A stretch of 64,000 bases of DNA. Origin: Squalus acanthias. Taxonomy: Eukaryota. Both the position numbers and the translations under genes were made by a program. This document shows, in pieces, positions 12,790 to 26,500 of the stretch (the first letter of the stretch is position 1; each line of letters starts with the position of its first letter). The notes under the pieces were generated by a model that had not been told where the DNA came from, made no database searches, and was given only the letters and a program-made list of their open reading frames with translations. Location: the NCBI GenBank assembly GCA_030390025.1, contig CM059438.1, positions 62,560,001 to 62,624,000 of the forward strand, given 5' to 3'.

Positions 12790-13260
12790 CTGCAGCACAG
12801 AAACAGGCCATTCGGCCTCAACTGCTCCGTGCCGGTGTTTATACTCCACACGGGCCTCCTCGCACTCTGACTCCCTCTTCCTACCCTGCCCCCCTGCATC
12901 TCCCTATTCCCTTCTCTCTCCCTCGAGCCTTCCTTTAAATGCACCAAAGCTATCTGCAGCAACCGTTCCGTGTGACAGTGAGTTCCACATTCTCACCACT
13001 CTCCGGGTAAAGAAATTCCTCCTCAACTCTTTCTGTGATCTGTTAGTGAATATTTTATATTTATGCCCCCTTGTTCTCGGACCCAGCCACAAGTGCAAAT
13101 GGTTTCTCTACATCTAGCCTATCGAACCCCTTCATAGTTTTAAAGACATCATCAGGCACTCCTCTTGGTCTTCTCTTTCCCGGCCGGTTCAATCATCCCT
13201 GACGGTCGGTCCCTCTCAATTATGGCAATATCCTTGTAAATCTTTCCTGCACAAATTCCA
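12790..13260 (-). mobile_element. CR1 LINE 3' fragment
   Basis: RTRGHKYKI...ELRRNFFTRRVVRMWNSL. Confidence 0.75.
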
Positions 13261-14529
13261 CCTCAGTTCAAGACTGATAAGGCACCAAGTTAGAAATGGA
13301 AAAAACTGAAGCTTCCCCGCCATTCGAGCGGGTGAAGGTGTCACCCCGTCTGCTCTCCCGGCGCAGCGCTAACCTATACGGGTGGACCGTAAGGTCTCGG
13401 GTCTGACCCTCGCTGAAGAGTGGGCGGATCTCAGTCAGGACAGCAGAACGTGACGCTTTGTTCCCTCAGCTAGAAAAAAAAATCAACCAGGGTTCCCGGT
13501 CTTGATTGCGCTCCGGTAACTAGCGCTGGGAGTCCGCAGCTTGGTCATTGGATAAACAAAGCGTCAGTGATGCCCTTACAGCTATATAGCCTACCGCCAC
13601 TTGCTGTTAAACTTGCACATAATGAATGGCCACTGGAGCGAGGCATTAGAGGGTAGCTGCCACCTAGGAATCGGCACCCCAGTAACAGGATATGGGGTGG
13701 AAATTAGTCATGGTCCATTTTCAGCTCCATAACCAGCGGTGGACCTATAGTGTGCGCTCCAACCAGGAGGCCCAAGGCTGGCCCGACATTGGTGGGTCGG
13801 ACCTCATTAACATTAGGGCTGTTAAAAAAAAAACGTACCTTTTGGTGGCGGTCGCTGCTTAGGCCGCAGCCTAAGAATACCGAGCGGACAAGGCGCGGCT
13901 CACATTGCACTCAATCGAAACCAATTTCTGCAAGTGGTCCTAAAACAGGCGTTAGGCCCCTCCTTTACATATGTAAGGGGCTTAACGCCTGTTTTAGGCA
14001 GCCGCCACTCCTGCAAAGCCGCCTTTACCAATATGGCGGAGGCCGTAACGCGGGCACAGGACATTGCGCTTCAAAATCGGTCCTTTTTTCCCTGTCTTCT
14101 GTCCGGAAAATTGGTTTAACGAGAGCCCGTTTCAGTCTCTATGGGGGAATTTTAACCTCCCAGGATGGGCAGAAGAGGGTGGGGGGTTAGGAAACCCGAC
14201 CACAACCCGCTGCAAATGGCCTATTCCAGTTTAACTGGGGTGTTGTGGGGAGCGGGTGAGCGGGTCAGTAATTTAAATATATTAATGGAGTTGCATACCT
14301 CAGATTTTAGCAGCCATTTGGATTTAAGGACCGCAGGTTGAGTTTCCCAGGGCTCGGGAAACCTGACAGCGAAAGGGAGGCGAGATCCGTCAGATCCAGC
14401 AGGTAAGTCCTTTTCCAGCACTGCTTGTGCCCAGGAGGTGCAGGAGTCCTTCCCCGCCCCCGGCCCCCCAAGCTAATCTGCCGTGATCTGCCTCCCTCCC
14501 CACGATCGGCCGACTTCCTCCCCGAGGTC

Positions 14530-17500
14530 TCACCCCCGCAATCTCTCCCCCCGCCATCTCCCCCCGCCATCTCTCCCCGCCATCTCTCCCCCGCGATCTC
14601 TCCCCCGGTGATCTCTCCCCGCCATCTCTCCCCCGCGATCTCTCCCCCGGTGATCTCTCCCCGCCATCTCTCCCCCGCGATCTCTCCCCCGCCATCTCTC
14701 CCCCGCAATCTCTCCCCCCGCCATCTCTCCCCGCCATCTCTCCCCCGCAATCTCTCCCCCCGCCATCTCCCCCCGCCATCTCCCCCCGCCATCTCTCCCG
14801 CCATCTCTCCCCGCCATCTCTCCCCGCCATCTCTCCCCCACGATCTCTCCCCCGGTGATCTCTCCCCGCCATCTCTCCCCCGCGATCTCTCCCCCGGTGA
14901 TCTCTCCCCCCCGATCTCTCCCCCGGTGATCTCTCCCCCGCAATGTCTCCCCGCGATCTCTCCCCGCGATCTCTCCCCCCGCGATCTCTCCCCCCGTGAT
15001 CTCTCCCCCCCGATCTCTCCCTCCGCGAACTCTCCCCCTACGATCTCTCCCCACGCGATTTCTCCCCACGCGATCTCTCCCCCTGCGATTTCTCCCCCTG
15101 CGATCTCTCCCCCCGATCTCTCCCCCCATCACTCCCTGTGATCTCTCCCCCCGATCTCTCCCCCATCACTCCCCTGCGATCTCTCCCCTGCGATCTCTCC
15201 CCCCGCGATCTCCCCCTGCAATCTCTCCCCGCGATCTCTCCCCCCCGTTCTCTCCCCCGATCTCTCCCCCGCCATCTCTCCCCGTGATCTCCCCCCGCGA
15301 TCTCTCCCCACGCGATCTCTCCCCCCGATCACTCCCCGCGATCTCTCCCCCCGATCTCTCCCAGCGATCTCTCCCCTGCGATCTCTCCCCCCTGATCTCC
15401 CCCGCGATCTCTCCCCCCCGATCTCCCCCCACGATCTCTCCCAGCGATCTCTCCCCCCGCGATCTCTCCCCACGTGATCTCTCCCCCCGATCACTCCCAG
15501 CGATCTCTCCCCTACAATCTCTCCCCCCCGATCTCACCCGCGATCTCTCCCCCCCGATCTCCCCCCGCGATCTCTCCCCCCCGATCTCTCCCCCGCGATC
15601 TCTCCCCCGCGATCTCTCTCCCCCCGATCTCTCCTCCCGCGATCTCTCCCCCGCGATCTCCCCCCGCGGTCTCTCCCCCCCGATCTCCCCCCGCGATCTC
15701 TCTCCCCCCGATCTCTCCCTCGCGATCCCTCCCCCGCGATCTCTCCCCCCGATCTCCCCGCCCGATCACTCCCCCCGCGATCTCTCCCCGATCACTCCCC
15801 CCGATCTCTACCCCCCCGATCTCTCCCCCCGATCTCTCCCCGTGATCTCCCCCCCCGATCTCTCCCCCCGATCTCTCCCCGTGATCTCCCCCCGCGATCT
15901 CTCCCCACGCGATCTCTCCCCCTGATCACTCCCAGCGCTCTCTCCCCTGCGATCTCTCCCCGAGTGCTCGTTGCTCTCCCCGATCTCTCCCCGCGATCTC
16001 TCCCCCGATCTCTCCCCGCTATCTCTCCCCCGGTAATCTCTCTCCCCCGATCTCTCCCCGCGATCTCTCCCCCCGTAATCTCTCCCCGATCTCTCCCCGC
16101 GATCTCTCCCAGTGATCTCTCCCCCGCGATCTCTCCCCGTGATCTCTCCCCACGATCTCTCCCCCCGCATCGCTCCCACGCGATCTCTCCCCCCGATCTC
16201 TCCCAGCTATCTCTCCCCTGCGATCTCTCCCCCCCGATCTCCCCCCGCGATCTCTCCCCCCGATCTCCCCCCGCGATCTCTCCCAGCGATCTCTCCCCCG
16301 CGATCTCTCCCCCGATCACTCCCAGCGATCTTTCCCTGCCATCTCTCCACCCCGATCTCCCCCCGCGATCTCACCCGCCGCGATCTCTCCCCACGCGATC
16401 TCTCCCCCGATCACTCCCACGATCTCTCCCTGCGATCTCTCCCCCCCGATCTCCCCCCGCGATCTCTCCCCCGCGACCTCTCCCCCGCGATCTCCCCCCG
16501 CGATCTCTCCCCCCGATCTCTTCCCCCCGCGATCTCTCCCCCGCGATCTTCCCCCGCGATCTCTCCCCCGCGATCTCTCTCCCCCCGATCTCTCCCCCCG
16601 ATCTCTCCCCGCGATCTCCCCCGCGATCTCCCCCCGCGACCTCACCCCGCGATCTCTCCCCCGCGATCTCTCCCCCCGATCTCTGCCCCCATCACTCCCC
16701 TGCGATCTCTCCCCTGCGATCTCTCCCCTGCGATCTCTCCCCCCGCGATCTCCCCCCGCAAACTCTCCCCGCGATCTCTCTCCCCCGTTCTCTCCCCCGA
16801 TCTCTCCCCCACGATCTCTCCCCCCGCGATCTCCCCCCGCCATCTCTCCCCGAGATCTCTCTCCCCCGATCTCTCCCCCGCCATCTCTCCCCGTGATCTC
16901 CCCCCGCGATCTCTCTCCCCCCGATCTCTCCCCCGCGATCCCTCCCCCGCGGTCTTTCCTCCCGATCTCCCCCCCCGATCACTCCCCCCGCGATCTCTCC
17001 CCTGCGATCTCCCCCCCGCGATCTCCCCCCCCGATCTCTCCCCGATCGCTCTCCCCGATCACTCCCCGCGATCTCTCCCCGCGATCTCTCCCCCGCGATC
17101 TCTCTCCCGCGATCTCCCCCCGCGATCTCTCCCCCCGCGATCTCTCCCCCGCGATCTCTCCCCCGCGATCTCTCCCCCCGTGATCTCTCCCCCCCGATCT
17201 CTCCCCCCGCGATCTCTCCCTCCGCGATCTCTCCCCCTACGATCTCTCCCCACGCGATCTCTTCCCACGCGATCTCTCCCTCTGCGATTTCTCCCCCTGC
17301 GATCTCTCCCCCCGATCTCTCCCCCATCACTCCCCTGCGATCTCTCCCCCGATCTCTCCCCCATCACTCCCCTGCGATCTCTCCCCTGCGATCTCTCCCC
17401 CTGCGATCTCCCCCCGCAATCTCTCCCCGCGATCTCTCCCCCCCGTTCTCTCCCCGCGATCTCCCCCCGCGGTCTCTCCCCCTGCGATCTCTCCCCCCGA

Positions 17501-20500
17501 TCTCTCCCCCCATCACTCCCCTGCGATCTCTCCCCCCGATCTCTCCCCCATCACTCCCCTGCGATCTCTCCCCTGCGATCTCTCCCCCTGCGATCTCCTA
17601 CCGCAATCTCTCCCCGCGATCTCTCCCCCCCGTTCTCTCCCCGCGATCTCCCCCCGCGGTCTCTCCCCCGCGATCTCCCCCCGCGATCTCTCTCCCCCCG
17701 ATCTCCCCCCTCGATCTCACTCCCCGCGATCTCTCCCCGCGATCTCTCCCCCCGCGATCTCTCCCCCCGCGATCTCTCCCCCCGTGATCTCTCCCCCCCG
17801 ATCTCTCCCCCCGCGATCTCTTCCTCCGCGATCTCTCCCCCTACGATCTCTCCCCACGCGATCTCTCCCCACGCGATCTCTCCCCACGCGATCTCTCCCC
17901 GTGATCTCCCCCCGATCTCTCCCCCCGATCTCTCCCCGTGATCTCCCCCCGCGATCTCTCCCCACGCGATCTCTCCCCCCGATCACTCCCAGCGATCTCT
18001 CCCCTGCAATCTCTCCCCGATTGCTCTCCCCGATCTCTCCCCGCGATCTCTCCCCGATCGCTCTCCCCGATCTCTCCCCGCGATCTCTCCCCCCGTAATC
18101 TCTCCCCCGATCTCTCCCTGCGATCTCTCCCCGCGATCTCTCCCCCCGTAATCTCTCCCCCGATCTCTCCCCGCGATCTCTCCCAGCGATCTCTCCCCCG
18201 CGATCTCTCCCCGTGATCTCCCCCCGCGATCTCTCCCCACGCGATCTCTCCCCCCGATCTCTCCCAGCGATCTCTCCCCTGCGATCTCTCCCGCCGGATC
18301 TCCCCCCGCGATCTCTCCCCCGCGATCTCTCCCCCGCGATCTCTCCCCCCCGATCTCTCCCCGCGATCTCCCCCCGCGACCTCACCCCGCGATCTCTCCC
18401 CCGCGATCTCTCCCCCGATCTTTCCCCCCGATCGCTCTCCCCGATCTCTCCCCCCGCGATCTCTCCCCCGCGATCTCTCCCCCCGCGATGTCTCCCCCCG
18501 CGATCTCTCCCCCCGATCTCCCCCCGATCTCTCCCCTGTGATCTCTCCCCCGCGATCTCTCCCCCCGATCTCCCCCCCGATCTCTCCCCTGCGATCTCTC
18601 CCCCCGCGATCTCTCCCCCCGATCACTCCCCCGCGATCTCTCTCCCCGATCTCTCGCCCCGATCTCCCCCCCCGATCTCTCCCCCCGCGATCTCTCTCCC
18701 CGATCACTCCCCCGATCTCTCCCCCCCCGATCTCTCCCCCGCGATCTCTCCCCTGCGATCTCTCCCCCCGATCTCTCCCCCCGATCTCTCCCCGCGATCT
18801 CTCCCCACGATCTCTCCCCGATCGCTCTCCCCGATCTCTCCCCGCGATCTCTCCCCCATAATCTCTCCCTCGATCTCTCCCCGCGATCTCTCCCCCCGTA
18901 ATCTCTCCCCCGATCTCTCCCCGCGATCTCTCCCAGCGATCTCTCCCCAGCGATCTCTCCCCGCGATCTCTCCTCGCGATCTCTCCCCCCGATCACCCGC
19001 CGCGATCTCTCCCCCCGTGATCTCTCCCCCCGTGATCTCTCCCCCCGTGATCTCTCCCCCCGATCTCTCCCCGTGATCCCTGCCCCTGCGATCTCTCACC
19101 CCGATCTCTCCCCCCATCACTCCCCCGCGATCTCTCCCCCCGCGATCTCTCCCCCGCGATCTCTCCGCCGCGATCTCTCCCCCGCGATCTCTCCCCCGTG
19201 ATCTCTCCCCCTGCGATCTCTCCCCGCGATCTCTCCCCCGCGATCTCTCCCCGTGATCTCTCCCCTGCGATCTCTCCGCCGCAATCTCTCCCCCGCGATC
19301 TCTCCCCCGTGATCTCTCCCCCTGCGATCTCTCCCCCGTGATCTCTCCCCTGTGATCTCTCCCCCTGCGATCTCTCCCCGCGATCTCTCCCCCCGATCAC
19401 TCCCCGTGATCTCTCCCCTGCGATCTCCCCCCCCGCGATCTCTCCCACCGAGATCTCTCCCCTGCGATCTCTCCCACCGCGATCTCTCCCCTGCGATCTC
19501 TCCCACCACGATCTCTCACCCGATCTCTCCCCCGTGCTCTCTCCCCCTGCGATCTCTCCCCCCGCGATCTCTCCCCCCGCGATCTCTTCCCCCGATCTCT
19601 CCCTGCGATCTCTCCCCGCGATCTCTCCCCGCGATCTCTCCCCCCGCGATCTCTCCCCCCGATCACTCCCCGTGATCTCTCCCCCGTGATCTCTCCCCGC
19701 GATCTCTCCCCGTGATCCCTGCCCCTGCGATCTCTCACCCCGATCTCTCCCCCCATCACTCCCCCGCGATCTCTCCCCGCGATCTCTCCCCCGTGATCTC
19801 TCCCCCTGCGATCTCTCCACCGCGATCTCTCCCCCGTGATCTCTCCGCCTGCGATCTCTCCCCGCGATCTCTCCCCCCGATCACTCCCCGTGATCTCTCC
19901 CCTGCGATCTCCCCCCCGCGATCTCTCCCACCGCGATCTCTCCCCTGCGATCTCTCCCCCCTGATCTCTCCCCCGCGATCTCTCCCCCTGCAATCTCTCC
20001 CCCGATGTCTCCCCCGCGATCTCTCCCCCTGCGATCTCTCCCCCCGCGATCTCTCCCCCCGCGATCTCTCCCCCCGATCTCTCCCCGCGATCTCTCCCCG
20101 CGATCTCTCCCCCCGCGATCTCTCCCCCCGATCACTCCCCGCGATTTCTCCCCGCGATCTCTCCCCCCGATCACTCCCCGCGATCTCTCCCCCCGATCAC
20201 TCCCCGCGATCTCTCCCCGTGATCTCTCCCCGCGATCTCTCCCCCCGCGATCTCTCCCCCCGCGATCTCTCCCCCGCGATCTCTCCCCCCGCGATCTCTC
20301 CCCCCGCGATCGCTCCCCGCGATCTCTTCCCCCCGATCTCCCCCCGCGATCTCTCCCCCCGTGATCGCTCCTAGCGATCTCTCCCCCCCGATCTCCCCCC
20401 GCGATCTCTCCCTGTGATCCCTCCCCGCGATCTCTCCCTCCGCGATCTCTCCCCCCACGATCTCTCCCCACGCGATCCTTCTCTCCCCACGCGATCTCTC

Positions 20501-23500
20501 CCCCTGCGATTTCTCCCCCTGCGATCTCTCCCCCCGATCTCTGCCCCCATCACTCCCCTGCGATCTCTCCCCTGTGATCTCTCCCCTGCGATCTCTCCCC
20601 CCGAACTCTCCCCCCATCACTCCCCTGCGATCTCTCCCCTGCGATCTCTCCCCCGCGATCTCTCCCCCCGCGATCTCCCCCCGCAATCTCTCCCCGCGAT
20701 CTCTCCCCCGCCATCTCTCCCCGTGATCTCCCCCCGCGATCTCTCCCCCGCAATCTCTCCCCACGATCTCTCCCCCCCGATCTCCCCCCATGATCTCTCC
20801 CCCCGCGATCTCTCCCCATGATCCCTGCCCCCGCGATCTCTCCCCCCGCAATCTCTCCCCGCGATCTCTCCCCCGATCACTCCCCGTGATCTTTCCCCCC
20901 GTGATCTCTCCCCCCGCGATCTCTCGCCCCGCGATCTCTCCCCCCGATCTCTCCCCCGCGATCTCTCCCCCACGATCTCTCCCCCGCGATCTCTCCCCCC
21001 GCGATCTCTCCCCCGGATCTCTCCCCCGATCTCTCCCCCGCGATCTCTCCCGGATCTCTCCCCCCGATCTCTCCCCGATCTCTCCCGCGATCTCTCCCCC
21101 CGCATCTCTCCCCCCGCGATCTTCCCCCGCGATCTCTCCCCGCGCTCTCCCCCGTTCTCTCCCCGCGATCTCTCCCCCGATCTCTCCCCCGCGATCTTCT
21201 CCCCGATCTCCCCCGCGATCTCTCCCCCCCGATCTCTCTCCCGCGATCTCTCCCCGCGATCTCTCCCCGCGATCTCTCCCCGCGACACTCTCCNNNNNNN
21301 NNNNNNNNNNNNNNNNNNNNNNNNNNNNNNNNNNNNNNNNNNNNNNNNNNNNNNNNNNNNNNNNNNNNNNNNNNNNNNCCCCTGCCTTCTCTTCCCCGCG
21401 ATCTCTCCCCGCGATCTCTCCCCCGCGATCTCTCCCCGCGATCTCTCCCCCACTTTCTCTTCCCCGCGATCTCTCCCCCCGCGATCTCTCCCCCCGCGAT
21501 CTCTCCCCGCGATCTCTCACCGCGATCTCTCCCCACGATCTCTCCCCGCGATCTCTCCCCCCGCGATCTCTCCCCTGCGATCTCTCCCCTGCGATCTCTC
21601 TCCCCGCGATCTCTCCATTCGCGATCTCTCCCCGCGATCTCTCCCCGTGATCTCTCCCCTGCGATCTCTTCCCCTGTGATCTCTCCCCCCACGATCTCTC
21701 TCCCCACGATCGCACCCCCCTGATCTCTCCCCTCGCGATCTCTCTCCCCGCGATCTCACCCCCCCTGATCTCTCTCCCCGCGATCTCTCTCTCCCGATCT
21801 CTCCCCGCGATCTCTCCCCCGCGATCTCTCCCGCGATCTCTCCCCCGATCTCTCCCCGCGATCTCTCCCCGCGATCTCTCCCCCGCGATCTCTCCCCCGA
21901 ACTCTCCCCGCAATCTCTCCCACCGCGATCTCTCCCCACGATCTCTCCCCCCGATCTCTCCCCGCAATCTCTCCCCCGCGATCTCTCCCCTGCGATCTCT
22001 CCCCCTCCAATCTCTCCCCCCGATCTCTGCCACCCGATCACTCCCCGTGATCTCTCCCCACGATCTCTCCCCCGCGATCCTCTCCCCCGCAGTCTCTCCC
22101 CTGCGATCTCTCCCCATCGACTCTCTCCCGCGACTCTCTCCCCGCGATTCTTTCCCCCGCGATCTCTCCCCCCCGCGATCTCTCCCCCGCGATCTCTCCC
22201 CCCGATCTCTCCCCTGCGATCTCTCCCCCCGCGATCTCTCCCCCCGATCTCTCCTCCGCGATCTCTCCCCCCGCGATCTCTCCCCCACGATCTCTCCCCG
22301 CGATCTCTCCCCCCGCGATCTCACCCCCCTGATCTCTCCCCCCGCGATCTCTCCCCGCGATCTCACCCCCCCTGATCTCTCCCCGCGATCTCTCCCCGCC
22401 GATCTCTCCCCGCGATCTCTCCCCCGATCTCTCCCCCGCAATCTCTCCCCCGCGATCTCTCCCCCCGATCTCTCCCCCCGATCTCTCCCCCCGCAATCTC
22501 TCCCCCCGCGATCTCTCCCCCGCGATCTCTCCCCCCCGATCTCTCCCCCCGATCTCTGCCACCCGATCACTCCCCGCGATCTCTCCCCCCCGCAATCTCT
22601 CCCCCCGATCTCTCCCCCCGCGATCTCTCCCCCCGCGATCTCTCCCCGCGATCTCTCCCCCGCGATCTCTCCCCCCGCGATCTCTCCCCTCGCGATCTCT
22701 CCCCGCGATCTCTCCCCCCGATCTCTCCCCACGATCTCTCTCCCCGCGATCTCTCCCCGCGATCTCTCCCCGCGATCTCTCCCCGCGATCTCTCCCCTGC
22801 CTTCTCTTCCCCGCGATCTCTCCCCGCGATCTCTCCCCGCGATCTCTCCCCCACTTTCTCTTCCCCGCGATCTCTCCCCCCCGCGATCTCTCCCCCCGCG
22901 ATCTCTCCCCGCGATCTCTCACCGCGATCTCTCCCCACGATCTCTCCCCGCGATCTCTCCCCCCGCGATCTCTCCCCTGCGATCTCTCCCCTGCGATCTC
23001 TCTCCCCGCGATCTCTCCATACGCGATCTCTCCCGCGATCTCTCCCGTGATCTCTCCCCTGCGATCTCTTCCCCTGTGATCTCTCCCCCCCACGATCTCT
23101 CTCCCCGCGATCGCACCCCCCCTGATCTCTCCCCTCGCGATCTCTCTCCCGATCTCTCCCCGCGATCTCTCCCCCGCGATCTCTCCCCGCGATCTCTCCC
23201 CCGATCTCTCCCCAGCGATCTCTCCCCGCCGATCTCTCCCCGCGATCTCTCCCCCGAACTCTCCCCGCAATCTCTCCCCCGCGATCTCTCCCCACGATCT
23301 CTCCCCCCGATCTCTCCCCCCGCAATCTCTCCCCCGCGATCTCTCCCCCGCGATCTCTCCCTCCGATCCTCTCCCCCCGATCTCTGCCACCCGATCACTC
23401 CCCGTGATCTCTCCCCCCCGATCTCTCCCCCCGCGATCTCTCCCCCCGCGATCTCTCCCCTGCGATCTCTCCCCACCGATCTCTCCCCCCGATCTCTCCC

Positions 23501-26500
23501 CCTGCGATCTCTCCCCCCCGATCTCTCCCCCCCGATCTCTCCCCCGCGATCTCTCCCCCCGCGATCTCTCCCCCCGATCTCTCCCCTGCGATCTCTCCCC
23601 GCGATCTTTCCCCGCGATCTCTCCCCCCGCGATCTCTCCCCCGCGATCTCTCCCCCCGATCTCTCCCCTGCGATCTCTCCCCCGCGATCTCTCCCCCCGA
23701 TCTCTCCCCCGCGATCTCTCCCTCCGCGATCTCTCCCCCCGCGATCTCTCCCCCCCGATCTCTCCCCCGCAGATCTCTCCCCCGCGATTCTCTCACCCCG
23801 ATCTCTCTCCCCGCGATCTCTCCCCTGCGATCTCTCCCCCCGCGATCTCTCCCCCCCGATCTCTCCCTCCGCAATCTCTCCCCCCGCGATCTCTCCCCCG
23901 TGATTTCTCACCCCGATCACTCCCCGCGATCTCTCCCCTGTGATCTCTCCCCCGCGATCTCTCCCCGATCGCTCTCCACGATCACTCCCCGCGATCTCTC
24001 CCCCTGCAATCTCCCCCCCGATCTCTCCCCGATCGCTGTCACTGATCACTCCCCGCGATCTCTCCACCCATGATCTCTCCCTCCGTGATCTCTCCCCTGC
24101 GATCTCTCCCCCCACGAACTCTCCCCCCGCGATCTCTCCCAGCGATCTCTCCCCTGCGATCTCTCTCCCCTGCGATCTCTCCCCCGCGATCTCTCCCCAC
24201 GAACTCTCCCCCGCGATCTCTCTCCCAGCGATCTCTCTCCCCTGCGATCTCTCCCCGCGAACTCTCCCCTGCGATCTCTCCCCTGCGATCTCTCCCCGCG
24301 ATCTCCCCCCGCGATCTCTCCCCGATCGCTCCCCCCGCGATCTCTCCCCCGATCTCTCCCCCGCGATCTCTCCCCTGATCTCTCCCCCCAATCTCTCCCC
24401 ACGATCTCTCTCCCCGCGATCTCTCCCCCGCGATCTCCCCCCGTGATCTCTCCCGATCGCTCCCCACGATCTCTCCCCTGATCTCTCCCCCGCGATCTCT
24501 CTCCCCGATCTCTCCCCCCAATCTCTCCCCACGATCTCTCTCCCCGCGATCTCTCCCCCCCGTTCGTTCTCTCCCGCGATCTCTCCCCTGCGATCTCTCC
24601 CCTGCGATCTCTCTCCCCACGATCTCTCTCCCCCGCGATCTCCCCCCCGATCTCTCCCCCCGCGATCTCTCCCCCCGTGATCTCTCCCCCCTGATCTCTC
24701 CCCGCGATCTCTCCCCTGCGATCTCTCTCCCCACGATCTCTCTCCCCCCGATCTCCCCCCGCGACCTCACCCCGCGATCTCTCCCCCGTGATCTCTCCCC
24801 CGCGATCTCTCCCCCCGCGATCTCTCCCCCGCGATCTCTCCGCCGCGATCTCTCCCCGCGATCTCTCCCCCGCTGATCTCCCCCCGCGATCTCTCCCCGC
24901 GATCTCTCCCGCCGCGATCTCTCCCACGCGATCTCTCCCCCTGCGATCTCTCCCCGCGATCTCTCCCCGCGATCTCTCCCCCTGATCTCTCCCCGCGATC
25001 TCTCCCCCGCGATCTCTCCCCTGCGATCTCTCCCCCTGCGATCTCTCCCCGCGATCTCTCCCCCCGATCTCTCCCGCGATCTCTCCCCCTGCGATCTCTC
25101 CCCCCGCGATCTCTTCCCCCGCGATCTCTCCCCGCGATCTCTCCCACCGCGATCTCTCCCCGCGATCTCTCCACACGATCTCTCCCCCCGATCTCTCCCC
25201 GCGATCTCTCCCCCTGCGATCTCTCCCCCGGCGATCTCTCCCCCGCGATCTCTCCCCCGCGATCTCTCCCCTGCGATCTCTCCCCGCGATCTCTCCCCCG
25301 CGATCACTCCCCGCGATCTCTCCCCTGTGATCTCTCACCCCGCGATCTCTCCCCCCCGATCTCTCCCTCCGCAATCTCTCCCCCCGCGATCTCTCCCCAC
25401 GATCTCTCTCCCCGCGATCTCTCCCCTGCGATCTCTCCCCCGCGATCTCTCCCCCCCGATCTCTCCCTCCGCAATCTCTCCCCCCGCGATCTCTCCCCCG
25501 TGATTTCTCACCCCGATCACTCCCCGCGATCTCTCCCCTGTGATCTCTCCCCCGCGATCTCTCCCCGATCGCTCTCCACGATCACTCCCCGCGATCTCTC
25601 CCCCTGCAATCTCCCCCCCGATCTCTCCCCGATCGCTGTCCCTGATCACTCCCCGCGATCTCTCCACCCATGATCTCTCCCTCCGTGATCTCTCCCCTGC
25701 GATCTCTCCCCCCACGAACTCTCCCCCCGCGATCTCTCCCAGCGATCTCTCCCCTGCGATCTCTCTCCCCTGCGATCTCTCCCCCGCGATCTCTCCCCCA
25801 CGAACTCTCCCCCCGCGATCTCTCTCCCAGCGATCTCTCTCCCCTGCGATCTCTCCCCGCGAACTCTCCCCTGCGATCTCTCCCCTGCGATCTCTCCCCG
25901 CGATCTCCCCCCGCGATCTCTCCCCGATCGCTCCCCCCGCGATCTCTCCCCCCGATCTCTCCCCCGCGATCTCTCCCCCTGATCTCTCCCCCCAATCTCT
26001 CCCCACGATCTCTCTCCCCGCGATCTCTCCCCCCGCGATCTCCCCCCGCGATCTCTCCCCGATCGCTCCCCACGATCTCTCCCCCCGATCTCTCCCCCGC
26101 GATCTCTCTCCCCGATCTCTCCCCCCAATCTCTCCCCACGATCTCTCTCCCCGCGATCTCTCCCCCCGCGTTCTCTCCCCGCGATCTCTCCCCTGCGATC
26201 TCTCCCCTGCGATCTCTCTCCCCACGATCTCTCTCCCCCGCGATCTCCCCCCCCGATCTCTCCCCCCGCGATCTCTCCCCCCGTGATCTCTCCCCCCTGA
26301 TCTCTCCCCTGCGATCTCTCCCCTGCGATCTCTCTCCCCACGATCTCTCTCCCCCGATCTCCCCCCGCGACCTCACCCCGCGATCTCTCCCCCGTGATCT
26401 CTCCCCTCGCGATCTCTCCCCGCGATCTCTCCCCGCGATCTCTCCCCTGCGTTCTCTTCCCCGCGATCTCTCCCCGCGATCTCTCCCCGCGATCTCTCCC

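Noticed and set aside
13330..13690. Old SINE-like repeat (related pieces near 46.5, 49.1 and 61.0 kb)
   Set aside because: Too diverged to delimit or classify by eye.
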